A DNA stretch of 64,000 nucleotides from Chara braunii (Eukaryota; Plantae; Charophyceae). A model generated the notes under the pieces. That model searched no databases. It had not been told where the DNA came from and saw only the letters and a program-made list of their open reading frames with translations. Location: positions 95,225 to 159,224 of the forward strand of contig BFEA01000006.1 of assembly GCA_003427395.1 (NCBI GenBank), given 5' to 3'. The translations under genes were made by a program, and so were the position numbers. Shown here one piece after another: positions 1 through 13,645 of the stretch. Position 1 is the first letter of the stretch; each line of letters starts with the position of its first letter.

Positions 1-78
<78 letters not shown>
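1..78. repeat. (CT)n microsatellite
   Basis: Perfect CT dinucleotide run. Confidence 0.98.
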
Positions 79-80
<2 letters not shown>

Positions 81-121
81 CACGCGCTTGAACAATACAC
101 AGATGTGTTGTTAACCGCCTC

Positions 122-3100
122 GTGTTCGATTGCGGGTTTTCTTCCGTTTGCAGGTGTGATGCTTGTGTAGATGGTAGAGAAAGCTCATCGGGTGCGTGTA
201 CGCCGAAGGTGCTTGGATGGGCTGCGACGTACCATGATAAATACTGGGCGCTTGATTGGCATCTGGGAATTAAGGTTCCCTACTGCGAGCCGGTGGTTTT
301 CTTGAGAGACTCGAAAGGGGATTTTTATCCCTGCGGAGGAATCAAGAATTACGCCTTCGATAACCTTGAGGTGCATGTGGAGTACATGAGATTCCACCTC
401 ACCACTTTTTTCGATGCTGATGGCAACGAGGAACCCGACAACTACAAACAGGTGTCGTTGCATTTGCAGAAGTTCGTGGGGTACGGTATGCGCGTTGTTG
501 CTATGCCTCCTTTCGACAAGTCACGAAAGAAAGACGGGTCGCAGGTCGTTATGCTTCGCCCTCCAGAGTTCCTCAAGAAAATTAACTGCCATAAAGTGGC
601 TACGCACGTGTGCACGGTGGACAACAAGCTGACGTTATCCACACGTCTTATACCGTTCGATATTATTGTCCACGAGTTCGCTTCGATGCTTCGATCGTAT
701 AGGTTGCAGACGTTGGGCCAAGCTATTCTGCACAGCGCGATCTCTATTGGCTCGCCACATGCTGGAGGGGCAAGGAAAACCAAACTCGGCAGTTCAGCGG
801 GACACACCGGGCAGGAGGGATCGCTTGGCAAGTCTGGGCCTGTGTTGAAACCGGCTCTGCTCCGGGTCGACCACGGGAGGAAGGTCCGATGGAAACTTCG
901 TGTTCGCATCGGGATGGTGGCAGTTAGCCCCCTGGGGATTCAGAGAAGACAGAAGATGACTTCACCCCTGGACAGCGCGTGGTTGAGAGATCCACGGACG
1001 ACAACGTTGGACGTGACGAGGATGAAGCCGAAGAGCGCGATGAAGGTGAGGATCACGGAGCTGCCATCGATGAAGATGCCTGCGACGACGAGGATGACCT
1101 CGAAGTCGAGGACGACAGTGAGGGGGGAGGTGACGATGAGGAAGGGAGCTACGAAGGGGGGAGCGAAGGGGAGATGCACGGTGACAATGAGTGCGGAGGG
1201 GGTGACGGTGAGTACCAGTGCGTTAACGACAGTGCAGCCGTCGCATCGGGACACGAGGACGTCGTCGTTGACACTCAGAGATCAGTATGCTCGCGTAAGA
1301 GAAAAACGACATCTCAATGGCAAGACGAGGAACGGACCCGGAGGCAGTCCAAGTTAATTGGTTTGGCGGCATCGCAGGAGGTGTACAAGAAAGCGCTGGA
1401 AACACAATCGGCGAAGCCGACCACGGAGAAGCGCGAACGTCCGCGCTCGTCACAAAGGTGGAAGAAGAAACCGAAGGTGGACGGCTCGAAGGAAGTGGCA
1501 GACTTCGGTGACGAGGCGGTGGGGGTTGATCCAAGAGATAATACTGCGAAACCGGAGTGGCTGGTTTCCAATAACATTGACACGACAAGATGTTTTTTCT
1601 TGGAGTACGACGGGGATGGGAATGCCATTGACCGTCCTGCCCAGGTGTTCGTCAACTTCCTTAAGATCTTGCCTAACCCTGACAACGGTGATTGCCAGTA
1701 CAATCACAGACCGCTGAACGAGATGTTGGTCGCCTCTATCAAGGACGCTTTGGAACGACCGGAGAAACAGAAAGAGCGGGACAAAAACACATTCATTCTC
1801 GCTCCGGTTGTAGAAGTCGTTACGGGCGGCCAGAAGAAGTGAGAACGTTTGAAACCTGCCGATTGGAAAAACGAAGATGTGGATTTGTACCATTGGTACG
1901 CCGTTGCAGGCCAGCACACGGCGGAAGCTGCGAAGAGGTTGGCGACAGCGAACTCGTCGGCTGCCAGGAAATGAGGCGTACATTCATGGAAAGCGCGTGC
2001 GGTCTACTTCGATGATGACCACCTCGATGGGTATGCCTACATATCCACATTTGACAACACGAGGGAGACTCGATCTATCCCGTCGTCTTTCCGAATGGTT
2101 GTCACCGCAATAAGAGGGTTGTGGCATCACATGAAGTGCCCGAAGGGTGACTGGCATCTGGCAAAAACAAAAGAGGACAAACTGGAGCAGCAACAAAACT
2201 ATCACGCATTCCTGCGCAAAGCAATAAGGATGACTCCGGACACAGAGCTCTGGAACTTGTCGCTGAGCAACAAATTTGTTCGTGATTGGTCCAACCTTTT
2301 GAGGCCATTCATGTGTCTCGCGACGACTGGCAACGATGTGTGGGCTTTGGTGAACCGGTTCTTCGACATGTGGGAAAAAGGGGAGTTGCCTGCCCAGGAT
2401 GGAGTCCGGCCAGTTGCCCAGGAAGGGAGACCGGGCGAGGCCTCCGGTCCAGGTCCGACAGCGAAGACAGTCAAACGGAAAAAGCAACTCGTGCACTACA
2501 TCCAATCGAACAAAAGTCCGAGTGAGTATTATGTTTGTGTTCACGATCCTCCAGCGAGCGCTTGGAAAGTGTTCTAGGATTTCACTGCGAGGGAGAAGAA
2601 GATGGCATTGCATTTGATTTTGGCTGGGAAGGTGGTCGTCACCTCTGGCAGGACATTTGGGAAGAAACTCATGAACATGAACGACCTTTACACGGAAGTG
2701 CGCAGGGAGAGATACATGGTGCGCATGTTTAGCTACGTGCTCTTCAAGTCGGAGAAGAGGGAACGGCGCGAATGGAAATACGGATTCTTCATCGGGTACG
2801 ATGATATAATGGCGAGATTTGGACCGAACGGGTTGACAAAGGAAAAGTGGGAGAAGAAGAAGACGAAACTTCCGGTTGAGAGATTGAACAATGTGTCGAA
2901 ACGTTTGGGCGGTGTCGATGAGGGGAAGTTGGGAGATGGGAATGTGGGGGGGTACAAGGTTACGACTGAGATGTACATGGAGTGTCCTTACTTTCTCAAA
3001 CTGTTCCTGCATGAGATAGTGGGATCAGTCAACCAATTGAAGGACAAGCTTCAACGCATTGCACATACTATGGGATAAGAGGAAGTGTAATACGACATAT

Positions 3101-5800
3101 CTCCCTGTCTGCATGGGGCCTTTGGATGACCTCCAGCCAACAGAGGACGTCACTCGTGCCGTGAAGAAGTTGAGTTGCCACCTTGCGGTGCTGGATTTGG
3201 GTCCCAACAAGAGTCTTGATTTATGGACAGACCAGCGGTTTGTCGAGCTTCAACATATGATGAAGGTTCTATGCGGGACACATTGGGCACTCGTTATTTT
3301 CTGCGGGCTGAAATCCGAGGACTTGATTTTGAGGAGCATCTTCAGGTGGGGGAGTGTGAAGGTTCTCCCGGGCCGCTGGAGGCGGCATCACAGTACTCAG
3401 CCGTCCTCGTGTGTCCCGCTTGGAAATCTTCCATTGAGAAATCGGGACTCCATGACAATTGTGCTGCACGACGCAGGCAATGACTTCAAAAAAGTCACGG
3501 TCCCATCCAAGCGTGACAATGTGCTCTTCGATACAAACTTTGAGGAGGAGATGTTTGTGAGGTGCACAAAACAACACATCGGTGTGGACGGCAAAGACAG
3601 AGCTGTTTATGGTGCTTGGGAGAAAGAGCCGGCAAAGATCAAAGAGTTGTGTTCATGGTTTTCGAAGGAAGGGGAGGGTGTGCTCCTTCTGGGCAACGTC
3701 CAAGCTGACTCATTTTGGGACTTACTTTGGTCCGGCCGTCATGTTGTGGCATGCGAAGGTTCCTCCACCATGCTCGAGTACTGTTCCGCGTTTATTGATC
3801 GTCTCGTTCGTGATTCCCATAGCCGTTGTCACTTCGAGCGACCGAAAACTCAGCATCGCTCGGACCGAGACATGTTTCTTAAACTGGGAAAGAAGATAGA
3901 GTCTTTGTGGAAGTACTTGTTCTGGAATGCTCCTGATAAGCGGACAGAGACAGATTATGTTGCACGCAAAGTCATCGCACTCCAACATCTCCAGCGATAC
4001 CACGATGCCAAAATTGGTGCAATCGAGATTTTCTTGGCACGTTGCGAAAACCTCTGGTTCGACAAAAGAATGGACCGCATTGACGCAAAGACTTATAACG
4101 AAGCGTTGGAGCCCGAAGATCGTTTCGATTTGATGGACAGTGAGGAGGATACGGATGACGACAAGATTGACCTGCCTTCAACTGATGCAAGGCATGAAGC
4201 AGGCGACGATGACATGCGTGCGGAGTCCTTGGCGGAGGGTGAAGCGGGGCTGGGTGAAGCGAGGGGAGCGACTACGGCAAGATGCAAGAATGGCCGAGTC
4301 ACACAACCGCCTACGTCGTCCATGGGAGATGGTACAGAGGCAAGCACTTCGAAATGGGTGGACAACCGCGCCACCCCAGGCTTTCCTACGCTCATGAGGA
4401 ATATGATCTCGGATGTCATGGCAATGGAAACAGAAATCCCAACACTTTGTGGTCCCGCCGGCGTGGGGCCCGGGGAGGATGCCATGGATCTGGAGGACGA
4501 TCCATTGTTTCACATGCCTGACGACGAGGACAAAGCTCTGAGTCCTGGGGATGAAATCGAAAGTCACATGAAGGAGAGCAAAGGAGGACCTCACTTTTTG
4601 GACACAAAGTTCACAGAGACTGAGGCTTACAAATGGGGTCATCACATCATATGGCATTCGGGCTTGTTCGAGCCATGTGTGGTTGACGGCAAATGGCAGA
4701 TGGCTGTCCGAGTGGGAGGGAATTGGGTAATGAAGAAAAGACTCAACAAGACTAAGTTCCTTGACATTGCGAAACAACAGTTGTTGTTGCGCGTGGTCCA
4801 GGCGAACAGGGGTGCAGGAGAGGAAACTATTAGCGAAAAGGTGAGTTCCCTCTTCGAATCACTGTTAGAAAACAATCATCTGGAGTACTGTGCAACATTG
4901 TACGAAAGAAAATGAAGCCCTTCAAGAGGACTGATCAGATGGACGATGGAGTGCCGTGACACGGAACATCTCTACGACAGTAACATATTGGTGTCGTGCA
5001 GTCAACCCTTGGAAGAGAACGTCATACATAAAAAGAATGTAGACAGGACAAGCGGAGGACCCGATAAGGACAAATTTGCTCGCAAGGAAGGGCTTCAGAG
5101 GAGGAATGATGAGCCTGAAGAAGAGGCTACTTGCACGGCATCACTTAATGATTTGCGAAAAGACGTGGTTCCAAGGACGTCACTACCATGCCAGGGGGAA
5201 AGGTAGAAACACCGGAGTGTGGGGGAAAGGTAAACGGACCGGAGTGTGGCAGGGAATGTGTGAAGGAAAGAGCGGAACGGAGGGAGGAGGAGGCAGCAAC
5301 TGACGACGTCGGGCATAGCACTGCACAACCTCAGGGACTCCCACAACAGAATGCAATGCAAACAACAACACTAGGAGAAGACACAACTGCAGGTACGCAG
5401 AGTCATGGGAATGCCGCAGAGGCCCGCGAAGACGTGCAGACGGATGACACATTGTCGGTCAAATTGCATGACAAAACCGAAGATACGAACCGCTCTGTCA
5501 ACGAAGAGACTTTGCCACGTGTGAATTGCAGTGCGATGGACGACAATGCACGACATGCAACAATATTTCATAAGGCAATATTGCATGACACAGGGAGGGG
5601 GGCCACACTTCCACACATGGAATGCACCGGTTCCGGGTCGCAGATAGCCACTGACACAATGAAGTAGGAAGATGGTGGTGGTCCGAGTGGAGTTTGTACA
5701 ACAACCGGGAATGAAGGTGGTCACGATGTATCGAAGGCCGAGGCGCTACCGATGATCGAACATGTCATGGACATGGACGACGAGGATAAAATGGGAAAGG
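122..5800 (+). pseudogene. Large disrupted ORF: acidic tract, ParB/Srx-like segment, degenerate beta-class N4/N6 DNA methyltransferase-like domain
   Basis: ORFs 979-1842, 2095-2577 and 2602-3078 share one frame, broken by single stops (1840, 1972, 2575). A frameshift leads to 3059-4915/4946-5206 and another to 5188-5667. Read-through gives HRPLNEMLVASIK...FILAPV...WYAVAGQHTAEAAKRL (ParB-like GxH box). ~3620-3805 reads EKEPAKIKELCSWFSKEGEGVLLLG...GRHVVACEGSSTMLEYCSAFIDRL, resembling the N6_N4_Mtase C-terminus. Ends are approximate. Confidence 0.6.
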
Positions 5801-6059
5801 AAGCTTCCTGTCGTGACGAATCAGATGACATAGGCAACCATGTGATCGATTTGATCGAACAATCAGGTGAGCATGGAGAAATGTCCAACAGCGAAGGAAG
5901 AACGTTGCCATCAGCGCAGCCGGAATAAATGGAGCGTGCCTTTCATGATGTGAGGGAGGGAAGGTGCACTCCGAAGAGGGAAGCAGGAAACCAGAAGGGA
6001 GAATGTGGTGTGCGGCGTTCACGGAGAGGCAAGGATAAGAAACCGCCGTAGCGCAAAAT

Positions 6060-6210
6060 GTGCTTGTGCATATGTGTTGGAGTGATGTGTGTGTGTATGT
6101 GTGTGCGTGTGTGTGCGTGGGTGTGCGTGGGTGTGCATGTGTGTGCGTGTGTGTGTGTGTGTGTGTGAATGTGCGTGTGTGTGTGTCTGTGAGTGTGTGT
6201 GTGTGTATGT
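6060..6210. repeat. Imperfect (GT)n microsatellite
   Basis: GT run; a second GT run lies at ~6428-6456. Confidence 0.95.
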
Positions 6211-6423
6211 TTGTTCATGTTTGTCCGATTGTGCGAGTACAGAGTGTGTGAATAAGGGCGCAATGATTGTTGTATTTTGATTATTGTATTCCACCTTTGA
6301 TTAGTGAGAATGGTGTCGATGATGTGTGTCAAACCAAAAACACCATGATTCCGTAAAGGACAATGATAGACTGCGAATATGGGACAAATTCTTGTGGTTT
6401 GACGCATGTTTCGATCCTCGTGC

Positions 6424-6459
<36 letters not shown>

Positions 6460-7001
6460 CCGGACCACCGTATCGTAATATCTGGCGGCCCAGGGACGCC
6501 AGACCTTTTCATCGTATCATCCGGCGGCTCGGGGATGTCGGACCATCCAATCATGCAGTTCGGCATCCCCTTGACGCCTCCCCACGTGAAAGCATGGCTC
6601 AACGCCCCTGTCATGGCGGAGTATGCCATGACATGTCGAAGCATGCTGTCAGGTGGTATGCCTTCTCGGAGACCGTGGACGGTGGAGCACTGAACGTTTA
6701 GTCTGTTCGGGGAGACATTTGGAGATGCAGTTAATGGGCGGGCGCCCAAGGAGCATATGGTTTTGTCATGTTATCCAGGAAAGCGAAATATGTGGGTGCG
6801 TGTGTGTGGCAAAGGATGTTGGTAGAAGTTGTAGACCAGTTTTCATAGTAAGTGATAAACAGAGTACTTGCAGTTCAAGAGTACTTGCAGTTCATTTATG
6901 CGATGGGATCACGTCCATTGGCGTAAAATATCGAAAAGTGACTAAAATCCCATTCGCTTTCATTGTAAGTGTTGAGGATGGGGAATGACTTAAGTTCGCA
7001 T

Positions 7002-7089
<88 letters not shown>

Positions 7090-7122
7090 GCTCGCGCCCG
7101 CTCACATGCACACACACACACA
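7002..7122. repeat. (CT)n(CA)n compound microsatellite
   Basis: Directly visible. Confidence 0.95.
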
Positions 7123-7229
7123 CGAGGTACCGGGCGACACTGAATGAGGGAGTGATTGACAAGCACGGTTTGAACATGTACATGTTAATGGATGTGCCAT
7201 AAGCAGACATTAACAACACATAGTTCAAA

Positions 7230-8081
7230 TTGTTACTCGGTGATACAGTTAACCAGTGCAATGAAGGCGAATGCAGCTGTGTACATGGCTGGACCATTCA
7301 CTTAGCAATGGACGCTCTCAATGAGACTGAGGAAGAAGCATTACAACGCATGAGCATAGAGCTGAATAATACGAAAACCTTGGCAACCACGACGAATGAA
7401 GCCACGGGGGAGCAGTTGTTATTCACAGTGCATGACTTCAGCGTCCTCATGCATGAGAACAAGTGGTTGAACGACAACATTGTGAATTTCTACATGAAAC
7501 TCATTCTGTATGACAACAATTGCAGAAAGTTTTATCGCGAATGTGATACTTCCTTTGACAAGTCAAATGCATGTGGAGCAAGCACGGTCCTTGTCACCGC
7601 TGCATAAAACTCATACTTTTTCGCTAAGTTGTTAGGGAAAAACATGGAATATAGCTACGAGAGAGTTGCTAGGTGGTTTCGAGATGTAATCATAGCAGAC
7701 ACGGAGTTGATTCTGGCTCCGTATCACGATATAAAACAGAAACACTGGACCCTTTTGGTAGCCAACCGTCGACGAAATATCATAGAGTATTACGATTCGA
7801 TGGACACGAACATCGAGTTTGCTAAAGAGTTAACAAGGCACTTCGCAAGCTTTATATTGCAACGCTCGACTCGGCAAGGAAAGCCTGTAGACATATCATG
7901 CTTCGAACATAAATGTCTCGTCGACGACATTCCGAAACAAGAGGATGCATATCAGTGCGGAGTGTTTATGCTCACTTATTCATCTCTTCTAGCTAGAGGC
8001 AAGGTGCCACCATTCCATTTCTCAATGAAAGACATCAAGGGCATTAGACGAAGGATCGCCATAGATTCGATAGCTTCATGA
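7230..8081 (+). pseudogene. Ulp1/SENP-like SUMO protease (peptidase C48), one in-frame stop
   Basis: 7230-7607 and 7629-8081 are in the same frame, split by TAA at 7605. Motifs: WLNDNIVNFY, NSYFFAKL, KHWTLLV (His), YYDSM (Asp), QEDAYQCGVFML (oxyanion Gln, catalytic Cys). Confidence 0.9.
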
Positions 8082-8741
8082 CTTGTAGTACATCCAGTGA
8101 ACTTCTTTGTAATCTTTTTGTATTTTTTGTGTTGTGCGTTACTGATAACGCTATAGTGTTTTGCATGGGAAGGTCACATTTGTGCGTAACTGATAACGGT
8201 ATAGTGCTTTGCATGAGAAGATCACATTTCCGACGTGTTTCTACAATACAATGCGTATCTCCTGTTGCTTCTGCTGACGAATAAACAATAAAGAAATGTG
8301 AAATGAGGTCGAAAGTCTTTCAGTAATTACACGAATGACCATGGGTGCATATGGTGTGAATGTTTTATCTCGATGTAATAAGTTTTGCAATATTGATGGT
8401 GTAGAGGTTACAACCTTCATGGGGATAAGTGTGGCAATAACACGATATCATAAAGACAAATGCTCAAATTACGGCAGACCTGACGATGAAAGTCGTGTCA
8501 TATACTTGTGATACGAAGGATGAGAGTCCAATGATGTGTGCTGGATGATGCACCCTTACGGTGCATGCCGGGCCATGCCATGGTGACCTTTATGGTGTAT
8601 TTTAAGATTATGATGATGTATGTTGTATGATGGACTCTTAGGGTAGAGGATATACCATATGATAGTTGTGGTATATGGTCAATGATAGATGATAGACCTA
8701 TTATGGGATAGGGTATACTTAGACCATGTGATGGTAGCCAT

Positions 8742-9886
8742 CACTACAAAGAAAGAAGTCACTCATTTCCACACAAAAACATAGGCGAAATTGTCAATGT
8801 TCAATTTCGCGAAAATAGTAAAAAATGTCAATTTTAACGAAATGTCAGTTACGGGGAAGACGACGAGGAGGAGAGGGAGAAGAAGATAGGGAGGAGTAGA
8901 GGAAGATGGTGAGGACAAGAAGAAGAAGAGGAGGAGGAGAAGAAAAGGAGGAGAAGGAGGAAAAGAAAAGGAGGAGGAGGAAGAGAAGAAGAAGAAATAG
9001 AAGATGACGAAAGGAAGAGGAAGATGAGGAGAAGAACAAGATGGCGAGAAAAAAAAGAAGAAGAGGAGGAGGAGGAGGAGGAGAAGAAAAGGAGGAGGAG
9101 GAGGAGGAGAATAACAATAAGAAGATGATGATAACGAAAGGAGGAGGAGGAGAAGAAAAGGAGGAGAACGAGAAGAAGAAGAAGAAGATGATGATGACGA
9201 AAGGAGGAGGAGGAGAAGACGAGGAGGAGGAGGAGATGAAGAAATGACGAAGAGGAGGAGAAAAAGAAAAAGAAGAAGAAAAAGAGGAGAAGAAGAAGTT
9301 GATGAGGAGGAGGAGAAGAAAAAGATGAAGAAAGGAAGAGGGCGAGGCCGAGGAGGAGGAGGAGAAGGAGGAGAGCAGAAGAAGAAGAAATTCAACAAAA
9401 AATGAAGAAAATGAAGAAGATGAATAAGAATATGAAAAAAAAATTAAAAAGGTCGCGTGTGTTGACGTGGCAGCTACGCGACGACGACGAACATGACGGG
9501 GAGGACGATGAGGAGGAGAGGGAGAAGAAGATGACGAAGAGGACGAGAAGAAGAAGAAGAGGAGAAGAGGAAGTTGAGGAGGAGGAGAAGAAGAAGATGA
9601 AGAAAGGAAGAGGACGAGGCGGAGGAAGAGGAGGAGGAGGAGAGCAGCAAAAGAAGAAAGAATGAAGAAGAAGAAGAAGAAAAAGAAGAAGAAGAAGAAG
9701 AAAAAAAAAAAGAGGAAAAAGGAGAAGATGAAGAAGAAGAAGTAGAAGATGCGCGTGCTGACATGGCAGCCGCGCGACGACGACAGACTTGACGGGGAGG
9801 GTGACGAGGAGGAGAAGGACGAGGACGAGATGACGACAAAACGACGACGAGAAGAGGAGGAAGAAGAAGAAGAAGAAGCGGGGGCT
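8742..9886 (+). mobile_element. Left end of a CACTA (En/Spm) DNA transposon, running into the assembly gap
   Basis: Starts CACTACAAAGAAA, close to the canonical CACTACAAGAAAA terminus, preceded by CAT (candidate 3-bp TSD). I found no partner end in the window. Confidence 0.5.
8860..9886. repeat. (GAA/GGA/GAT)n purine-rich low-complexity tract with an internal duplication (~9453-9570 and ~9750-9880)
   Basis: Visible trinucleotide mosaic; tgacRtggcagc...cgcgacgacgac occurs twice. Confidence 0.9.
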
Positions 9887-10858
9887 NNNNNNNNNNNNNN
9901 NNNNNNNNNNNNNNNNNNNNNNNNNNNNNNNNNNNNNNNNNNNNNNNNNNNNNNNNNNNNNNNNNNNNNNNNNNNNNNNNNNNNNNNNNNNNNNNNNNNN
10001 NNNNNNNNNNNNNNNNNNNNNNNNNNNNNNNNNNNNNNNNNNNNNNNNNNNNNNNNNNNNNNNNNNNNNNNNNNNNNNNNNNNNNNNNNNNNNNNNNNNN
10101 NNNNNNNNNNNNNNNNNNNNNNNNNNNNNNNNNNNNNNNNNNNNNNNNNNNNNNNNNNNNNNNNNNNNNNNNNNNNNNNNNNNNNNNNNNNNNNNNNNNN
10201 NNNNNNNNNNNNNNNNNNNNNNNNNNNNNNNNNNNNNNNNNNNNNNNNNNNNNNNNNNNNNNNNNNNNNNNNNNNNNNNNNNNNNNNNNNNNNNNNNNNN
10301 NNNNNNNNNNNNNNNNNNNNNNNNNNNNNNNNNNNNNNNNNNNNNNNNNNNNNNNNNNNNNNNNNNNNNNNNNNNNNNNNNNNNNNNNNNNNNNNNNNNN
10401 NNNNNNNNNNNNNNNNNNNNNNNNNNNNNNNNNNNNNNNNNNNNNNNNNNNNNNNNNNNNNNNNNNNNNNNNNNNNNNNNNNNNNNNNNNNNNNNNNNNN
10501 NNNNNNNNNNNNNNNNNNNNNNNNNNNNNNNNNNNNNNNNNNNNNNNNNNNNNNNNNNNNNNNNNNNNNNNNNNNNNNNNNNNNNNNNNNNNNNNNNNNN
10601 NNNNNNNNNNNNNNNNNNNNNNNNNNNNNNNNNNNNNNNNNNNNNNNNNNNNNNNNNNNNNNNNNNNNNNNNNNNNNNNNNNNNNNNNNNNNNNNNNNNN
10701 NNNNNNNNNNNNNNNNNNNNNNNNNNNNNNNNNNNNNNNNNNNNNNNNNNNNNNNNNNNNNNNNNNNNNNNNNNNNNNNNNNNNNNNNNNNNNNNNNNNN
10801 NNNNNNNNNNNNNNNNNNNNNNNNNNNNNNNNNNNNNNNNNNNNNNNNNNNNNNNNNN
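9887..10858. other. Assembly gap (N run)
   Basis: 972 Ns. Confidence 1.
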
Positions 10859-13538
10859 GGGGGGGGGGGGGGGGTGTGTGCTGACTCACCCGCATGGCCG
10901 CCTCCTCTGCGCGCTGCTCCAGCTAGGGGGAATACACGCTGGAAGCGATTTCGAACCCCTCCACCCAGCCCCTTGCCGCCAGCCTTAACTACCGGTCACC
11001 CCCATCGACCCGGCCCTACAACCTCAAAACCCCCGCCAGGACCACCGCCGGCGACCGGTACCGACACCCGCGAACGACGTTCGCGGCCTCCGAAAATGTG
11101 TTCTCGCAACGTGTTCGGGACCTGTTCGCGTGGACGGGAAGCACCGCGAACACGTTCGCCGTGCTATGCAGGTGTCCGCTAGTACCAGACTCAACCAAAG
11201 GCTTACACGATTGGTTATGGTCATGGGCTTTCATCAGAGAGATTTATGGATCAAGGTCAGCGAGCGACGACAACGTGGGAGTATTGGAGCGACTCGAAGA
11301 GGCCAAGGGGTTGAGGGCCCACCGGGGCTATCCCTCTTCGTTTTGCCGTCAACAGAGTCGAAGCGGTACTAGCGGTTCCTTTTCCTCGTCCGTCGTTTTG
11401 CGACGATTAATTTTTCCTAAATATTTTATTATTTATCAACGTTATTATTTTTTATGTTTCGGCGTTTTTTTTTTCTTTTTTAATTAGGTACGACATCGCT
11501 TTTAGCGGTCATCAACGGGGTTTGGCGAGTTGGCTGAAATTGTGTAAAATTCTGACTTTTTGAAGTTACGTGATGATGCAGTCCCACGCTGCCGCCCCCT
11601 TTTTGTGGATGTGGAATGTGGGTGCAGCATGGGCTGATGTGACCAGCATTGCAGTAAGAACTGATTGAAACCCCACCCCCGGGTGGCCGTCATGGCAGTC
11701 AAGGACCTTGAGCACGCGCCTCTCTTGGAGGGCCCATTTGGTTTCCAGCGTGTCTGAGGTCGTGGCTTCCCTTGCTTCCCGGTTTGGAGAGTGTTGGTAG
11801 TCTGAAGTGGAAGAGAATTGGAGAGTATTCCAAGCGGCCTTGCAGGGCTGCAGCCCTAGGGAGGCGAGGGTTGCTGCGGGCGTATCGTCCGCCAACCACA
11901 ATCTGCTGCGAGAGGGTTGTGTGTGAGCATTCCCGTTCGCACTCGGAAGACGGTGGATTATGCCTAGGCTGGGGCACCAAGGCAAAGGTCGCAATGCCCA
12001 GGCTGCTGTTCACGTGGAACCTGCTACCACGAAGATTTGCATCATGACCCGCCCCACCTGGGTTCATTCTGCAGGTTCCACAGTAGGCCTTGCGCCCTCC
12101 TACATGTCGCTGCATTGGAGCGGCCACCACGGCCGAGTATAGGCCGTGCCCAGTAGTGCCGCCCATTTTCAGGCAAATAGAACCCGCATGTGAATTGTTA
12201 CGAGCTCCTTAGCTGATTTTGGTTTTCGTGACCACCATCCTGTTGTCTGTATCGCACGGGGCCTCTTCGTGGTGTTTGGATTAACGCTCAGTTTGACATC
12301 CGACGAATAGAGGAAAAGGGCGAGTGAACCTAGACGATACGTTCCACAGGGTGCATGCAGGGCGAGGAAGAAGGTAACGGCGAGGGGAAGCAGCTATGGC
12401 AGAAGTCCAAGACGTGTGCCTCGCTCGTTTCTTGATAAAAACGAGCGGGGAAAGATGCTACGCAGGGGTTTTAGGCCGGGGCGACCACCAATCGGTGGTC
12501 AGAGTAGGCAAGAAGTTAGCAGGTTAGGAGATACGAAGATAAGGTAGTGCGCGAAGATATGGAGGGGTGGTGCAGACAGAATGTGGTGGAAGCAAAAATC
12601 GTAAACTTACCCGATCATTGATGAAAACTAGTGAGTGAAGATCCTATATGGGGGTTGTTGGCCACGGCGAATCCATTGGTGAAGTAAGAATAGAGGGAGA
12701 ATTAGTTGGAAGAGGAGTAAGAGGGAAAGGTGACGAGCAGAGGTGGCGAGGATGGAGAAGGAGAGGATGAAAAGTGAAGATTTCGCCCGACTCTTGATGA
12801 AAACGGGCATGAAAAAAAAGGATTCCGGGGTTATCGGACAGGGCAAGCCTAACTACGGTGTCAGATTTGGGAGATAGTAAACAGATTCATTAATCAAGAA
12901 GTGAAGGTTTGGCTATGTCGAGGGGAATGGGAGCAGATGCATATTACCGCATTTTAGAGGGAAGTTCACTCCGATTTTTGTTTATGTTGCTGACGGAGTA
13001 CCCCCGCTCTATTTCTCTACATGCATGACGAACAAGCAGTGTGTGTATGATCGCAAGAAACGAGCAAACACAAAAAGATTCTGGTCACATACGTGGAGAC
13101 GTAAAGACCAGAAACAGACTACCAACTGATGATAGAGAGACCTGAGTTCTGATTCTAGGGTAACAGGGGGATCAGAGGTCTGACAAACCCTTGTTATAGA
13201 GATTAACTTTGAATTACCTCAAGAGCCGGTCATAAATCTTGATGACAATTTCTTTTCTTTTTCTTTATTTTTTTTAAGAAAAAAAAAATGGGTTGCCACC
13301 CATTTAGTTTGGATCATGTTGATGGGTCATACTTAGGCTCAAACACACTGACTGATCATACTAAGGCTCTTACAAATCTCCTGCCTTTAGTCATGTACTG
13401 CACTTGGCACAACAACCTAACCAAAGAAGCATAAAAAAAGGTAGAGAGGAGAAAACATGGTAACACAAGAACACACATAGAAAATAGAACTCGAAAGAAA
13501 GGGGGAAACAAAAAACAAAACAACTCTCTTTCTCTTTC

Positions 13539-13570
<32 letters not shown>

Positions 13571-13573
13571 CTT

Positions 13574-13645
<72 letters not shown>

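Noticed and set aside
5943-11182. Low-complexity ORFs (poly-HT/VC, poly-E/K/S/L, X-containing)
   Set aside because: They are translations of microsatellites, the purine tract and the N gap.
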